Shown here in pieces: positions 9,901-16,780 of a DNA stretch of 27,179 nucleotides. The translations under genes were made by a program, and so were the position numbers. Below the pieces are notes generated by a model. That model did no database searches. It was not told where the DNA came from and was given only the letters and a program-made list of their open reading frames with translations. How positions within the stretch are numbered: the first letter of the stretch is position 1; each line of letters starts with the position of its first letter. The DNA is from a virus (lineage: Duplodnaviria; Caudoviricetes), in IMG/VR virus record IMGVR_UViG_3300016474_000359, positions 1 through 27,179 of that record. One strand, written 5' to 3'.

Positions 9901-11252
9901 TTGATGACAGGTTCGGGCTGTTCCTTGATCTCAGGCGCGGCACCGTGGCGGCGAGAGATAAACGGCTCATCCTTCTTGGGCGGAGGAAGCATCAGCAACG
10001 GCGGCTTGCCTGCCTCAGCGTCAACAATCTGATTGGGAGGCATGTCAAGATTGTCTTCGACCAGCGTCTCGAAATCGGTGCTGACCGTCGGACCGGGGCG
10101 CGTCACCGCGTCGATCTTGTTGCCGTCCTTGCCGTAGAGAATACGATCAGTGATCGCGCCAGTTGCGGCCATCGTCGTGGCCGCGCCAAAGCCGCCGATA
10201 TAGGCATCGGTCAGACGACCGATGATCTGATCGGTGGTCATGTTCTCATTCAGCATAAGTTTGTCGATGAGAACTTCCGCGCCTTCGCTGGCGACTTCCG
10301 ATGTCGGCTCCAGCACGAACATCTCAACCAGCCGCTTGATGAACGGCTTGGCTCCTTCTCCGAGGGCCTTACCAAGCGGAACCATTTCGGGGATGGTTTC
10401 CGCCAAACCATAGGCGCTCGACACGGCGCGCGCCAACTCAGGGGCCTTTTGGAAATTACTGAACCCTTGATCCTTCAGGAAAGTATTGAAGGCGCGGGGA
10501 TCATCCTTGCGCAGTTCGGCATACTTGCTGCCAGCCACCTGCGAGAACATGGTGCCAAGAGACGCGGCCATACCTGCAACGCCGCCGACGCCAGCGCCAG
10601 CCACAATAGACGGGGCCATGTCGATAGCCGATTGCGCAATCATCGTGCCGTACTTGGCGAGTGCATCGTCAGGACGGATACGCGCCTCTACCGGGGCCGC
10701 CTGCATTTCCTTGAGCTGGAAGCGCAGGCTGTCCTTGGCCGCCTTCTCGCGCATCGTTTGCAGCAGGTCCTGCTGGTTCGCGGGGTCGCGCAGCGCAGCC
10801 TCGACCTGATCTTTCCCCTTTAGACCTTTGCTCGCGGCCCAATCGGCAAGCTGTTGGTACTGAGCTTCCAGACCCTGCCCGTATTCAAGGTTCACCCCCG
10901 GCAACAGCTTGGCAAGCGTGCGCGGGTCAAACAATTGCTCGACCATGTTCGGATAGGCAGGTTTACCTTCTTTGAACCGGTCTTCAAAATTTTGGATGTT
11001 GGTCTGGTTACGCTCTTCGACCTGAGCCTGTGCGTTACCAAGGGCACTCTGATACCAGCGGGCGGGCGTGCCAGTGACCGTCAGGCCTAGCGCTTCGGGC
11101 GCGGTATTGTAGTAGCCGACCTCGTCGTAGAAGGCTTCCTTGTCGATCTTGCCATCGTAGAACTTTTTGTAGATGGCGTCGGCGAGGTCTTTGTCGCTCA
11201 GGTTGTTATAGCGGGGGTACTTGGCGCGGAAGGCTTCGAGTTTGGTAGGCAT
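960..11252 (-). CDS. Giant polyvalent virion/ejection protein (3430 aa)
   Basis: Uninterrupted ORF; GAGGTG RBS upstream. Motifs: HETIH and EEAIAEAF (peptidase); GWY, GPKIG, TIDRW, LQALLW (HhH-like); KLDCFD (GNAT); YHST, FYFS, DGII, QIKSAIGNNG (ART); IALPMPYGFNFF and NKDFAG (LPD38-like). It is the last gene of the virion module. Confidence 0.9.
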   Translation of the reverse strand: MPTKLEAFRAKYPRYNNLSDKDLADAIYKKFYDGKIDKEAFYDEVGYYNTAPEALGLTVTGTPARWYQSALGNAQAQVEERNQTNIQNFEDRFKEGKPAYPNMVEQLFDPRTLAKLLPGVNLEYGQGLEAQYQQLADWAASKGLKGKDQVEAALRDPANQQDLLQTMREKAAKDSLRFQLKEMQAAPVEARIRPDDALAKYGTMIAQSAIDMAPSIVAGAGVGGVAGMAASLGTMFSQVAGSKYAELRKDDPRAFNTFLKDQGFSNFQKAPELARAVSSAYGLAETIPEMVPLGKALGEGAKPFIKRLVEMFVLEPTSEVASEGAEVLIDKLMLNENMTTDQIIGRLTDAYIGGFGAATTMAATGAITDRILYGKDGNKIDAVTRPGPTVSTDFETLVEDNLDMPPNQIVDAEAGKPPLLMLPPPKKDEPFISRRHGAAPEIKEQPEPVINEQDFSTAFRDTQDRLNEQTRKDRTSLTARSAQEQLKPVHVTPAEANAGPVADLLGDKVTDIRAKRIQLGRDPDAPITLDELRAAKVPNDTIDKIKALKQPATTALRELDNQKRGLDPLEFPETVATPKLAADEPFTEEQYKSAVMAITEKGRYSFDALKSATGITSTSKMAKLKQALIDRGHLVEGKNGPVPANQMRNERATVPTDLPEGAVMAHVVRELPVGAVRVRQTKDGKTTSLGVFNTNADAQAKIASIRKGEDTKGGARSELRIEPAGKTAFGVVQKRYDKDGNFLGEAVVDSFATEAEARKSYSQNMERPPQPKGEPAPAPTPQHRVAPTKTVTGYRMLIDGVERGTYPATQEGAAQLAQDSAAAPKGSNVEVENVTGDAYQLVRDQLDADGKVIGQKIVGVHADAADAQSHADALNKMGTVRNTPPKGLEGRVDEIVAALERTAKQMNLPLLGTKIQLTNAVTTPDGQVIEGSFNPSQRLVRLSVEHFTPDMSVEEITQKLAAIIRHETIHQLRTSGLLGPETEGWKTLVNYARKSKDPKGENGETFLQRAERLYKDIPGYDSPDAIQEEAIAEAFRSWADGKVAGKPATVFKQIVAWFRRLVMNLPRDIFEDIDTGRFVADRVRSPGANNKRAVNRQRLDAAVQNLRDSTKAADENAKRMATAEYLSAREQAREDNAGRSGFKTVLGTDANKAYAEGEFMDPAQAQALAQAYRDRAGLTDVTSLPTTLQPNIDFIQKVAEAQDKAKHEPGNPAVKRAYTALTTETKAMFNSLGITVEPWRGNGQPYASAAEMGRDITANKRVKMRLTEDMFGSTPSLADHPMRQNSGIRAADGTALTNNDLFRVVHDIFGYDQIGLRPGYDADFTAYHEHARMYSPEARRAYATETLAQDAWHHFGPHLWRTDGKVALLGDPDFLPSEKKEFAQQKAFLLDDKLLASDPAYELIQRAEDQQGDIEEFDTEDTKFSIAPVNARAAMKTQGAGLTRTRKIASLENAFALTSKKKFQTGRELKLAIEKRVKDAADKAGVDLTMQNEQVLYHLVKQGVMDALYALQTNSNAIGWYNRTVREALEVMSLIHPEIKTDPEARLAFKVVLAITSNGLKVDKNFELAEAAYSAWKESRSQGRPQMPTNVGVGKARTQINQSLELFNRMMDEYGHEALERILMSPFTVGQLERIGFSINGEGVNTVVRGAAVFGPKIGNGFFANLNGKFDALTIDRWLMRTWGRWIGKLVEKDQVNIDRTLANMSGTIEVLKQDPAAFAAFEAATGVSLNGTPADVAMALTEASADPDIRDQMNIIGKQIRDPKGKLVPVGDLLRRQANSASNYLDGQIEQPSQSQRPFIRAAMDGILRVLHGQGFDALTMSDLQALLWYPEKRLYESAKGRADTSGYDDEEAPDYANAAAALARAKGFSTEAIDQARMKGRQDADREARVSPDGRTGAVEQRRGGQPEYAPTSIEEAVGRLDGGERRARARFLKRAIFVADRISRERNASPRVYRGESAGNARSLRGVKTVFKPERGFKTTLELAELPAPTIHELHATPENATAFRDLLKQSALASPYGAAVYLYDPADYQGFRLFLTEDRTGGFAIKPDGDIISVFSAGGGQVQPMLTLAIEEGGKKLDCFDTVLPDIYELNGLAEVGRDPWNDRYKPTVENGAAKDWDYETFKNFNNGRPDIVYMEVRPATAGQLTGEEARMAERLSVAPVPMTEEQRRVAARLPGGKDYGRTDLAPASVLSEPGTPAVSFNSNFDGNRYFGGDVAERQIVQARDGDQGAVLTYMSPEDFVALTGGVNPNQAVFDAAPDAGYKFNAMPSIVFEGDRGAVRVAESDGAYAARALLGKAERIPVVLYPKGKREFGQVSGLRNGDTVVPLALGFPFEYYPERRGERFSVSSEKFQKFFGDSKVVDPTGYPLRMYHSTTSSFNVFSRREADGRNGSALGTGVFYFSADPGFAEEHASSMDYETWDRNYLPGANTMPVYLSLQNPLMHKIGMPIGDELVNMAKAAGHDGIIFSTGDSPAQKFREVVVFEPTQIKSAIGNNGNWDAANPDIRYSVNTVGAKVPPDPASSPTWVIDDATEGYLTKMVSQLGKSKTNFLGTSVYDLRVKLQDRYLSLEDAIQQIRDSGGKVDDLNNVYQVQQLSEGQAFYRIEDAEAELYTPLFEAINAAVKNGISFENVETYLLAKHAPERNAFLRARKSPRANPSGMSDTDAYAFINKMRAEGKAAELESVAQLAYRITRATTAVRIEGGLISAEDALASPFKYYVPLKGIDPKYLDPDENSYRNAPRTGKGYNIGGKESRSPVGRTTTAYDIVGHLVNQHNEAILRSEKNKVAQSLARLIQDNPGNSIGIILPTVPSKLVRSSNGMVRSQPDQNYRSRPDIVTAKFNGRDVIMQISDKWVARAMRNDNVPRNGKIVQALSILNRYLATVNTGWNPNFLVTNFTRDLQTAAILANRYDIEGFAAAIVKDAPAAIAAIRKVLRTGEVEGEMAEWFDEMRRGGGTSEFLGIKTVDQIAEALRKRAASTGSASGQTMESAKAMIGGVVKFVEDYNKVAENALRLSAYANARRAGATPAQAAFIAKNLTVNFGKGGEYKVLANSLYLFYNASLSGTFVLLKGLKNKKVQRLALGIVAFGAIMDVINRLIFSGDEDDDGIKDYDEIPDYVLKNNMVFMTGGKNYIALPMPYGFNFFHNLGRNFAAAATGAPNKSFLKAGIDTLETAFDAFNPLGGSGTLLNAIMPTLADPVVDLLQNKDFAGNNIVPDRPSFDGLPVPNSQKYWNSTGQLSKDTAAFLNSISGGNETIPGWWDWSPEVIDYAINFITGAAGGFIQRNVEAVGKMATGQFDMTEDFNLLPFAPKVAGTVTTRSNVDRFYTQAEKVLLHDKQIKAAQKMGDFELAQQRAAQRPALTNLIPIFTAIDKQLTSLRKRRRAIEKSDLPIEQIRAQVKELREMEDALMRRASVEYLKGTGRAD
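5342..5599 (-). CDS. Nested out-of-frame (+1) 85-aa gene within the giant gene, function unknown
   Basis: GAAAGGA lies 7 nt before the ATG. Hand count over the first 25 codons: G/C at third position 23/25 in this frame versus 9/25 in the host frame. Protein-like C-terminus VESVMRRHGFTEEKALEMLEAFGA. Confidence 0.7.
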   Translation of the reverse strand: MPTEKPEFRPMDEQEQWNSDVGGNLNTLPLPSKKQWEGLMAENAARGLGSSSAPSSSQTGLVESVMRRHGFTEEKALEMLEAFGA

Positions 11253-11340
11253 GTGCGCAAAACACCTCTAGGTCGCCAAGCGATATAACAGCGCTAGTCA
11301 TAGCCCCGTTTCGATGTTTTGGGTAGAGGGCAACCCCCTC

Positions 11341-12507
11341 TTACATCGGGATGCCGGTCATATCGACACCGTAGCTGTAGCTACCGGCACCGATCCCCAT
11401 CGGGTTGTCGGGGGTAGCACCAGCCAACGGATCGTCGTCAAAGGAAGCCGTGGACGGAAGACCGGCAAGAGCCCGCTTTTTGAAAGCGTCTGCCGCCTCG
11501 ATGCCTACCTGACTTAGAATTTGGAGGTAGATTTCTTCAACCATATCCCGACGTTGAGCTTCACGAGCGGCAGCTACTTTCTCGGGGTCCAGTGGCATGG
11601 CGTCCTTTGTAAATGCTGGGATCGGGTCATACCGACCCGAAACATCAGAAATGATCTTGTTGACTTTTGCCTCATCGCTAGCTTGCGCGGACGTGAGACG
11701 CGCTTCGACTAGCTGCCTATGCAGCTCGGGGTTCTTTTCCTTGAGCAAGTTTTCTTGAACTATAGCAGCCGCGTCAGGCGGGAGCCCGGCCAAAGCCGCT
11801 TCGGCCTCAGCCTGCTTGATCCGCAGCGCGTCCAGCTTGGCGTCGCGTGCCGCGTTGGCCTCGGCCAGCTTCTGGCTTTCGATGGTGCTGGTCAGACCGG
11901 CCTGAAGCTGAAGCAGCTTCATGGCCTCGTCGTCCGCTGCCGACAGCGCGTTCTGATACACAGGCACACCGGCAGAGAGACCGGCACCGACGTTCTTCAT
12001 GAAGTTGGACGAGCCGCCGCCGATCATACCAGCGCCGATAGCCATGAGTGCCTGCTTGAGCGCCTTCTTGTTAGGGTCGCCAAGAGCAGCATAACGGTCC
12101 TGATAAATCTTTAGAATGTCGGCCAAGCCGCCGTTGCCGAACGTGACCTGACCGCCGGACGAGTAGCCGCCGACCATGCCGCCATTGGCAAAGCCCTGCG
12201 GAGCACCGCCAAGCGCGGCGTCAATCCCTTGCGGGGCTGGTGCCGCCTGCGACATCTGCTGCGCTTGCATGGCGGCGGCGTCAATCCCGCGCGGAGCCAC
12301 GCGACCGAGAAGCTCTTCGGCCACAGTTGGCTGGCTTGCTCTGTACTTGTTCGCCTGCGCCTCGTACCGCTGACGGGCTTCCTTACGCCGATTGATCTCG
12401 GACAGGACCAAGAACGGCGGGATCGAGCCGTTCTGCATTTCCCTCGGCAGCGCGTCGTCGGGGAGACCGCGAAGCTGGTTCTGCTGTTCGATCAGGTTCA
12501 TCGGCAT
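11341..12507 (-). CDS. Putative internal virion/ejection protein (388 aa)
   Basis: A/Q/L-rich helical protein with a Gly-rich hydrophobic segment (ALMAIGAGMIGGG) and a FANGGMV motif; lies immediately before the giant gene. The start may be 12501. Confidence 0.7.
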   Translation of the reverse strand: MPMNLIEQQNQLRGLPDDALPREMQNGSIPPFLVLSEINRRKEARQRYEAQANKYRASQPTVAEELLGRVAPRGIDAAAMQAQQMSQAAPAPQGIDAALGGAPQGFANGGMVGGYSSGGQVTFGNGGLADILKIYQDRYAALGDPNKKALKQALMAIGAGMIGGGSSNFMKNVGAGLSAGVPVYQNALSAADDEAMKLLQLQAGLTSTIESQKLAEANAARDAKLDALRIKQAEAEAALAGLPPDAAAIVQENLLKEKNPELHRQLVEARLTSAQASDEAKVNKIISDVSGRYDPIPAFTKDAMPLDPEKVAAAREAQRRDMVEEIYLQILSQVGIEAADAFKKRALAGLPSTASFDDDPLAGATPDNPMGIGAGSYSYGVDMTGIPM

Positions 12508-12516
12508 GGCGTGACC

Positions 12517-13434
12517 TTAGATGAAGAAGCCTGCGGCGGTCGTGGCGACACCGAGGAGCTGTGACAGGAAGTCGGGTGCAGGCTGCGTGGTGGTCGAGGT
12601 CTGCGACCCCTGAACCGGCGCGCCGTAGAGAAGAGACGAGTACTTTGCCAACTGCTGGTATGGGTAGTCGCGCTGGTTGACGAAGTCCTGATACGCGATG
12701 TCGAGGCCAGCCTGCTGCTGCTGCTGTTCCTTAGCACCGACGCCAGACAGGGCCTGCGCGGCGTTGAAGCCGTACTGCTGGTACATGTTGGCGAGATCGG
12801 CCTGCGTCTTCGCGGCATCGAGGCCGAGGCCCGCGCCAAGACGCCGTGCCTCTTCATTCGCCATCTGAGCCTGAAGGTTGCGCGCCTGATCCGACGTGAA
12901 CATACCGGTCGCGCGGTCATAGGCCGACTGAAGACCCTCAGCCTCGATGCCCTGAAGCTGCTGGTTTAGGTCGCGCTGAGCCAAGCTATCCTGCACGAAC
13001 CGGCGGCTGCCACCAAAAGCACCAGCCTGAATGGCCTGCGCGTTACGGCCAGCCTGCTGTTCCTGAAAAGCCTGCTGAGCCCGCTGCTTCTGAACATCAA
13101 GGACGTTCTGGACATACGGGTTCATGTAACCCTGCACGTCAGCCTGCGCCCAATCCTTACTGGTGATCTGACCCGGCTGGAACCCGGCGATGCCGGACGC
13201 GGTCTGCTGCGCCTGCGTGATGCCGGTAGCAGGCGTGCCTGCCGTGTTACGGATCATCTGGAAAGCGTTCTGCGTATCCGGCGAAAACTGTGCCAACCGC
13301 TGACCGCCGTAGGTCTGGTACGGCATGGTCGAGACGGTCTCGGCGCGCGGCAGGAAGCGCTCGACATACGGTTTGATGTATTCGGGCAAGTCGCCAGTTG
13401 TAGTCGTCGTCGTGCTGTCGTTGCCCTTACCCAT
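12517..13434 (-). CDS. Putative DNA-ejection/pilot protein (305 aa)
   Basis: MGKG..TTTTTT..LPEYIKPY start, YMNPY and AGAFGGSR motifs, Q/A-rich coiled coil, hydrophobic C-terminus; this pattern is typical of podoviral ejected proteins. Confidence 0.7.
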   Translation of the reverse strand: MGKGNDSTTTTTTGDLPEYIKPYVERFLPRAETVSTMPYQTYGGQRLAQFSPDTQNAFQMIRNTAGTPATGITQAQQTASGIAGFQPGQITSKDWAQADVQGYMNPYVQNVLDVQKQRAQQAFQEQQAGRNAQAIQAGAFGGSRRFVQDSLAQRDLNQQLQGIEAEGLQSAYDRATGMFTSDQARNLQAQMANEEARRLGAGLGLDAAKTQADLANMYQQYGFNAAQALSGVGAKEQQQQQAGLDIAYQDFVNQRDYPYQQLAKYSSLLYGAPVQGSQTSTTTQPAPDFLSQLLGVATTAAGFFI

Positions 13435-13864
13435 CGGTCGGCTCCTGCTGGAAGTCTATCTCACATACCACCATAGAATGTTTCCATCCATAGGGCTTTA
13501 ACGCGCGCGACCAACCCTCGCGGCCAAACATCTCGATGCCGTCGAGGCCGTAGTCCTTGGCGAAGCTGGTCAGCGTTTTGGTCGTTCCCGCCGCCCACTC
13601 TTTCAATCGGCTGCCGCCGAGGCACTCGATGACCAGCATCTGCTTCAGCGGATACCGGGCCACGCGTGTCGTGAAGGCTGCGGCTAGTTCGTCCCCCGAC
13701 GAGATAAGCCAGAGCAAGTGAGTACGCGAGATCAACCCTTGCAAAACCGTGTCTGCGGAGATGCGCCCGTCGGCCCGATCTATCGCAGGCTGGAGCAAAG
13801 GCAAGACGCGCGGCCAGATGGCGCGGACGTGTTCTTCCGGTACGATGCCAGCTTCCCACGTCAC
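13427..13864 (-). CDS. Conserved virion-module protein, possibly GNAT-like fold (145 aa)
   Basis: Overlaps both neighbours; motifs IWPRV, YP, LGG, IEMFGREGWSRAL. Its position matches the small acetyltransferase-like genes found before ejection genes in podoviruses. Confidence 0.65.
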   Translation of the reverse strand: MTWEAGIVPEEHVRAIWPRVLPLLQPAIDRADGRISADTVLQGLISRTHLLWLISSGDELAAAFTTRVARYPLKQMLVIECLGGSRLKEWAAGTTKTLTSFAKDYGLDGIEMFGREGWSRALKPYGWKHSMVVCEIDFQQEPTDG

Positions 13865-16770
13865 CGCGCCTTGCCCTTGACCTTCTCGACGTTCAGTTTG
13901 CTGGCCGGACGGCCATAGCTAAGCATCTCGTTAAGGTCCATCAACCGCTTCGCGCCCAGCTCCATGTCGCCGTCGCCAGCGTTCTTTACCGCCGCTGCCG
14001 TCATTACGAACTCGCCGTTCGACAGCCGGGCCTCCTGCACGCCATCGATGGTTGCCGGAATTTTATCTTCCTTCGGGCCGCCGTGGCCGAGGACGAGACG
14101 CGGCTCATTCACCGCGCCGCCCTGTGCATAAGTTGGGAAATAGTTCCATTCATTGCTGACGCCCGGATCAAACGGTGGCGTCACTGGAAAGACGGCGTTG
14201 CGGAAATACGGAGCGTAGAGCGCGTCAAGCATGGCCTGCGTCGGCGGCGTGTAGGTACCGGTTCCAGTACCGCCCGTGCCGCCCGTGCCGCCGGTGTCTT
14301 CGTCTTCGTCGCGCTTCTTTTTCTTCGAGGACTTGTTGCTCGAAGTGGAGGGAGAACCGTCCATCATAGGGGAAGTTGACGAGTACGTAATGGTCTCGGG
14401 AGCATAAAGGTTCGCGGCCATCTCGCGGCTGGCTTCGCCCCAAGGCGCGGTCGCATTCTTGCCGCCGCCGAGGAACATCCGGGAGAACAGGCTGTCGTTG
14501 AAGCGGTCCATGAGCATGTCGCCCGCCGTGTCGAGCAGGTTCTTCTCGCCCTTCTTGCGGGTGACCTTCTTTGAGCCGCCGACCGGGATGTTGTTGGGGT
14601 CGCGGAACGCGCCGTTGTTGGCCGCTGCATACAGCTCAGCGTCGGTGTAGCCCGGCACCTTACCGACCTGCTTGAAGCTGCCGTCGCCCGACTGCTCATA
14701 GATATAGCCGTTGGTGCCGACGATCTGACCGGGAGCGGGCGTGAAGGTCTTGCCCGTCGTGGTGCCGCTCTTTTGCAGTGTGGGTTCGACCTTCTCCTCA
14801 TAAATCTGGAGAAGCTGGTCGGTCTTGTCTTCTGGCCCGCCGTAAGTGTCGGACACCTCGATGCCGTTTTCCTTGGCGTACTCTTCCGCCGCGCGGAGCT
14901 TCGCGCCCTGCGACATCATATCGGCGGTACGGTACGGCGAGTTCTCCAAACCGGAGAGCAGGTTACCGTAATCGCTGTTGTCGGCCATCGTTCCCGCATC
15001 CTCGATGGCGCGCATCCTCTCGATGGCCCAGCCGGGATTGCTGACCGCGAAGTCGAACAGCGACGGGCGTTCGCGCGGCACCACGGCGGCGACAGCCGGG
15101 GCACCTGCCGCAGTCTCCCTGAACGGAGCCAGCATTTCGTAAGACAGCAGGGGATCGTACCCAACCGTCAGGGTCGAACCGGCTTCCTGCGTGATGCCGG
15201 TGGCCGGGTCGGTAACGAGACGCCCTTGCCCGCTCGGGTCCTGCTGCGACATCGGAATGCCCGGCTTGATGCCCTGAGCAATCAACGCGTCTTCCATCGG
15301 CGAAGGGGCAAAAGGCTGCCCGGCGACCCGACGTGGAGCCATAACGTCACTAAGTGCGTCAAGAGACGCGATGCCCGTCGGCACGAAAGACGAGGTCATG
15401 GGGGATAGACCGCCGCTCGGAGCCGTGGCCTCGGGGGTAAGCATGGCGTCACCGAGCACGCGGTCAGTCGCCCCGACACGGCCTGCCTGATAGAAAGGGT
15501 TGGCAAGGGTAAGACGGGATTTATCCGTTGCTCCGCCAACAAGCGACGCGCCTTGCGAAGCCAGTACGTCAAGCATATTCGGCTTGCCGGTATAATTCAT
15601 GGTCGGGACGGCACGGGTCGTGGGGGCTTGACCATAGTTTTCCGGCAAGTCCGCGCCCTGCGCCTGACCAATCAGCAAGCTCATGGGGTCAAAGCCTACG
15701 TTAGGGGCCTTTTCCGAAGTAGCTCGCTGAGGCGTAACGCTCTTCAAAATTTCGTTGGCGATACCACGGGCATTCATCATGCTCGCGTCGGTCGCGCGCC
15801 CAACACGCGGGGCGGTAACGACCGTCTGGTTGCCGGGCGCAACGTACTGCTGCTGCGGCATACCAATGGTATTGACACCTTGCCCGTATGGCTTGGTTCC
15901 GGGGGCGACGTAGTTCATCTGCGGCATCGGGCCGGTATTGATGCCCTGACCATACGGTTGAACTGCGATAGGCTGGTTGCCGGGGGCAACGTAGCTCTGC
16001 TGTGGCATACCGATAGCCGCGATGCCTTGCCCGTACGGAGAAGGGCGCGGAAAGCTGCCCGCCGGGGTCTGCCCGAAGCCGATACCCATGTCTGCCGGAA
16101 CGGTGTTGACGAAGGCAGGCTGCGGTACTGCCGCTGGGGCAGTGGGGAGCATCGGCTGCAACGACGCCAACAGTTCAGGGCTGATGTTTTTGTTGACCTG
16201 ATACGACAGATTAGCCGACGCGATGTCGGGCTGCGCAATCTGCTGGACCGGCTTGCCCGCGTAAAAGTCGGTGTAGAACTGCGAGCGGTACTTATCCGCT
16301 TCGTCCGCCGTCAGGCCCGCTGGGTTCGGCACTGTACCGCCGGTTTTGGCCGTGGCGGCAAGAGCCTGCATAAACTGATTGGCAATAGCCGCCTTGGATT
16401 GCGTTGGCATCTTGGCTGCTGCGGCGTCGAGACCAGCGAGCGAATTGATCGCCTGCTTCTGCTGCGCAGTCGGTGCCTTGGGAGACGAAGACGGCTTGCT
16501 CGTGCCGGACGAGCCCATCATCTCAGACAGACTAGGCGTCGCGGGTTTCTTGGTTGCCGTGCCGGACGACCCGCCCGATGAAGACGACGAGCTGCTGGAG
16601 CTACCCGTCGGTTTGACGACAGGCTTGAGGACAGGGTTGGCGAGCCCGACCGGCTGCGAGGTCGAAGCCGGTTTCGGAACTGTCGTGGTAGTCGGCTTCG
16701 GAGGAAGCAGCGTCGTTCCGGTCAGCAGGCTGATCGGGCTATAGGTTGTGGTTCCGCCGGTTCCGGCCAT
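13861..16770 (-). CDS. Large low-complexity virion-associated protein (969 aa)
   Basis: RBS (AGGAG) upstream; P/T/S/G/A-rich body; C-terminal YAQGGAV...DKIPA...ARLSNGEFV module of the kind seen in tape-measure and ejection proteins. Confidence 0.75.
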   Translation of the reverse strand: MAGTGGTTTYSPISLLTGTTLLPPKPTTTTVPKPASTSQPVGLANPVLKPVVKPTGSSSSSSSSSGGSSGTATKKPATPSLSEMMGSSGTSKPSSSPKAPTAQQKQAINSLAGLDAAAAKMPTQSKAAIANQFMQALAATAKTGGTVPNPAGLTADEADKYRSQFYTDFYAGKPVQQIAQPDIASANLSYQVNKNISPELLASLQPMLPTAPAAVPQPAFVNTVPADMGIGFGQTPAGSFPRPSPYGQGIAAIGMPQQSYVAPGNQPIAVQPYGQGINTGPMPQMNYVAPGTKPYGQGVNTIGMPQQQYVAPGNQTVVTAPRVGRATDASMMNARGIANEILKSVTPQRATSEKAPNVGFDPMSLLIGQAQGADLPENYGQAPTTRAVPTMNYTGKPNMLDVLASQGASLVGGATDKSRLTLANPFYQAGRVGATDRVLGDAMLTPEATAPSGGLSPMTSSFVPTGIASLDALSDVMAPRRVAGQPFAPSPMEDALIAQGIKPGIPMSQQDPSGQGRLVTDPATGITQEAGSTLTVGYDPLLSYEMLAPFRETAAGAPAVAAVVPRERPSLFDFAVSNPGWAIERMRAIEDAGTMADNSDYGNLLSGLENSPYRTADMMSQGAKLRAAEEYAKENGIEVSDTYGGPEDKTDQLLQIYEEKVEPTLQKSGTTTGKTFTPAPGQIVGTNGYIYEQSGDGSFKQVGKVPGYTDAELYAAANNGAFRDPNNIPVGGSKKVTRKKGEKNLLDTAGDMLMDRFNDSLFSRMFLGGGKNATAPWGEASREMAANLYAPETITYSSTSPMMDGSPSTSSNKSSKKKKRDEDEDTGGTGGTGGTGTGTYTPPTQAMLDALYAPYFRNAVFPVTPPFDPGVSNEWNYFPTYAQGGAVNEPRLVLGHGGPKEDKIPATIDGVQEARLSNGEFVMTAAAVKNAGDGDMELGAKRLMDLNEMLSYGRPASKLNVEKVKGKAR
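15826..16038 (-). repeat. Three tandem coding repeats PYGQG(x)4-5MPQxxYVAPG
   Basis: PYGQGIAAIGMPQQSYVAPGNQ / PYGQGINTGPMPQMNYVAPGTK / PYGQGVNTIGMPQQQYVAPGNQ; also visible in the DNA. Confidence 0.9.
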
Positions 16771-16780
16771 ATCATTTCTC

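Noticed and set aside
2480-9970. Other same-strand alternate-frame ORFs inside the giant gene (for example 3893..4162, 7043..7423, 8750..9256)
   Set aside because: They have R/S/P/T/C-rich shadow composition, no convincing RBS plus ATG was seen, and the host frame there encodes recognisable domains. Nested ORFs under 60 aa were not exhaustively excluded.
1056-10823. Very long plus-strand ORFs (770, 418, 584 and 802 aa, among others) antisense to the giant gene
   Set aside because: These are typical shadow frames of a high-GC3 gene, with R/V/L/G-rich composition, no motifs and no clear RBS.
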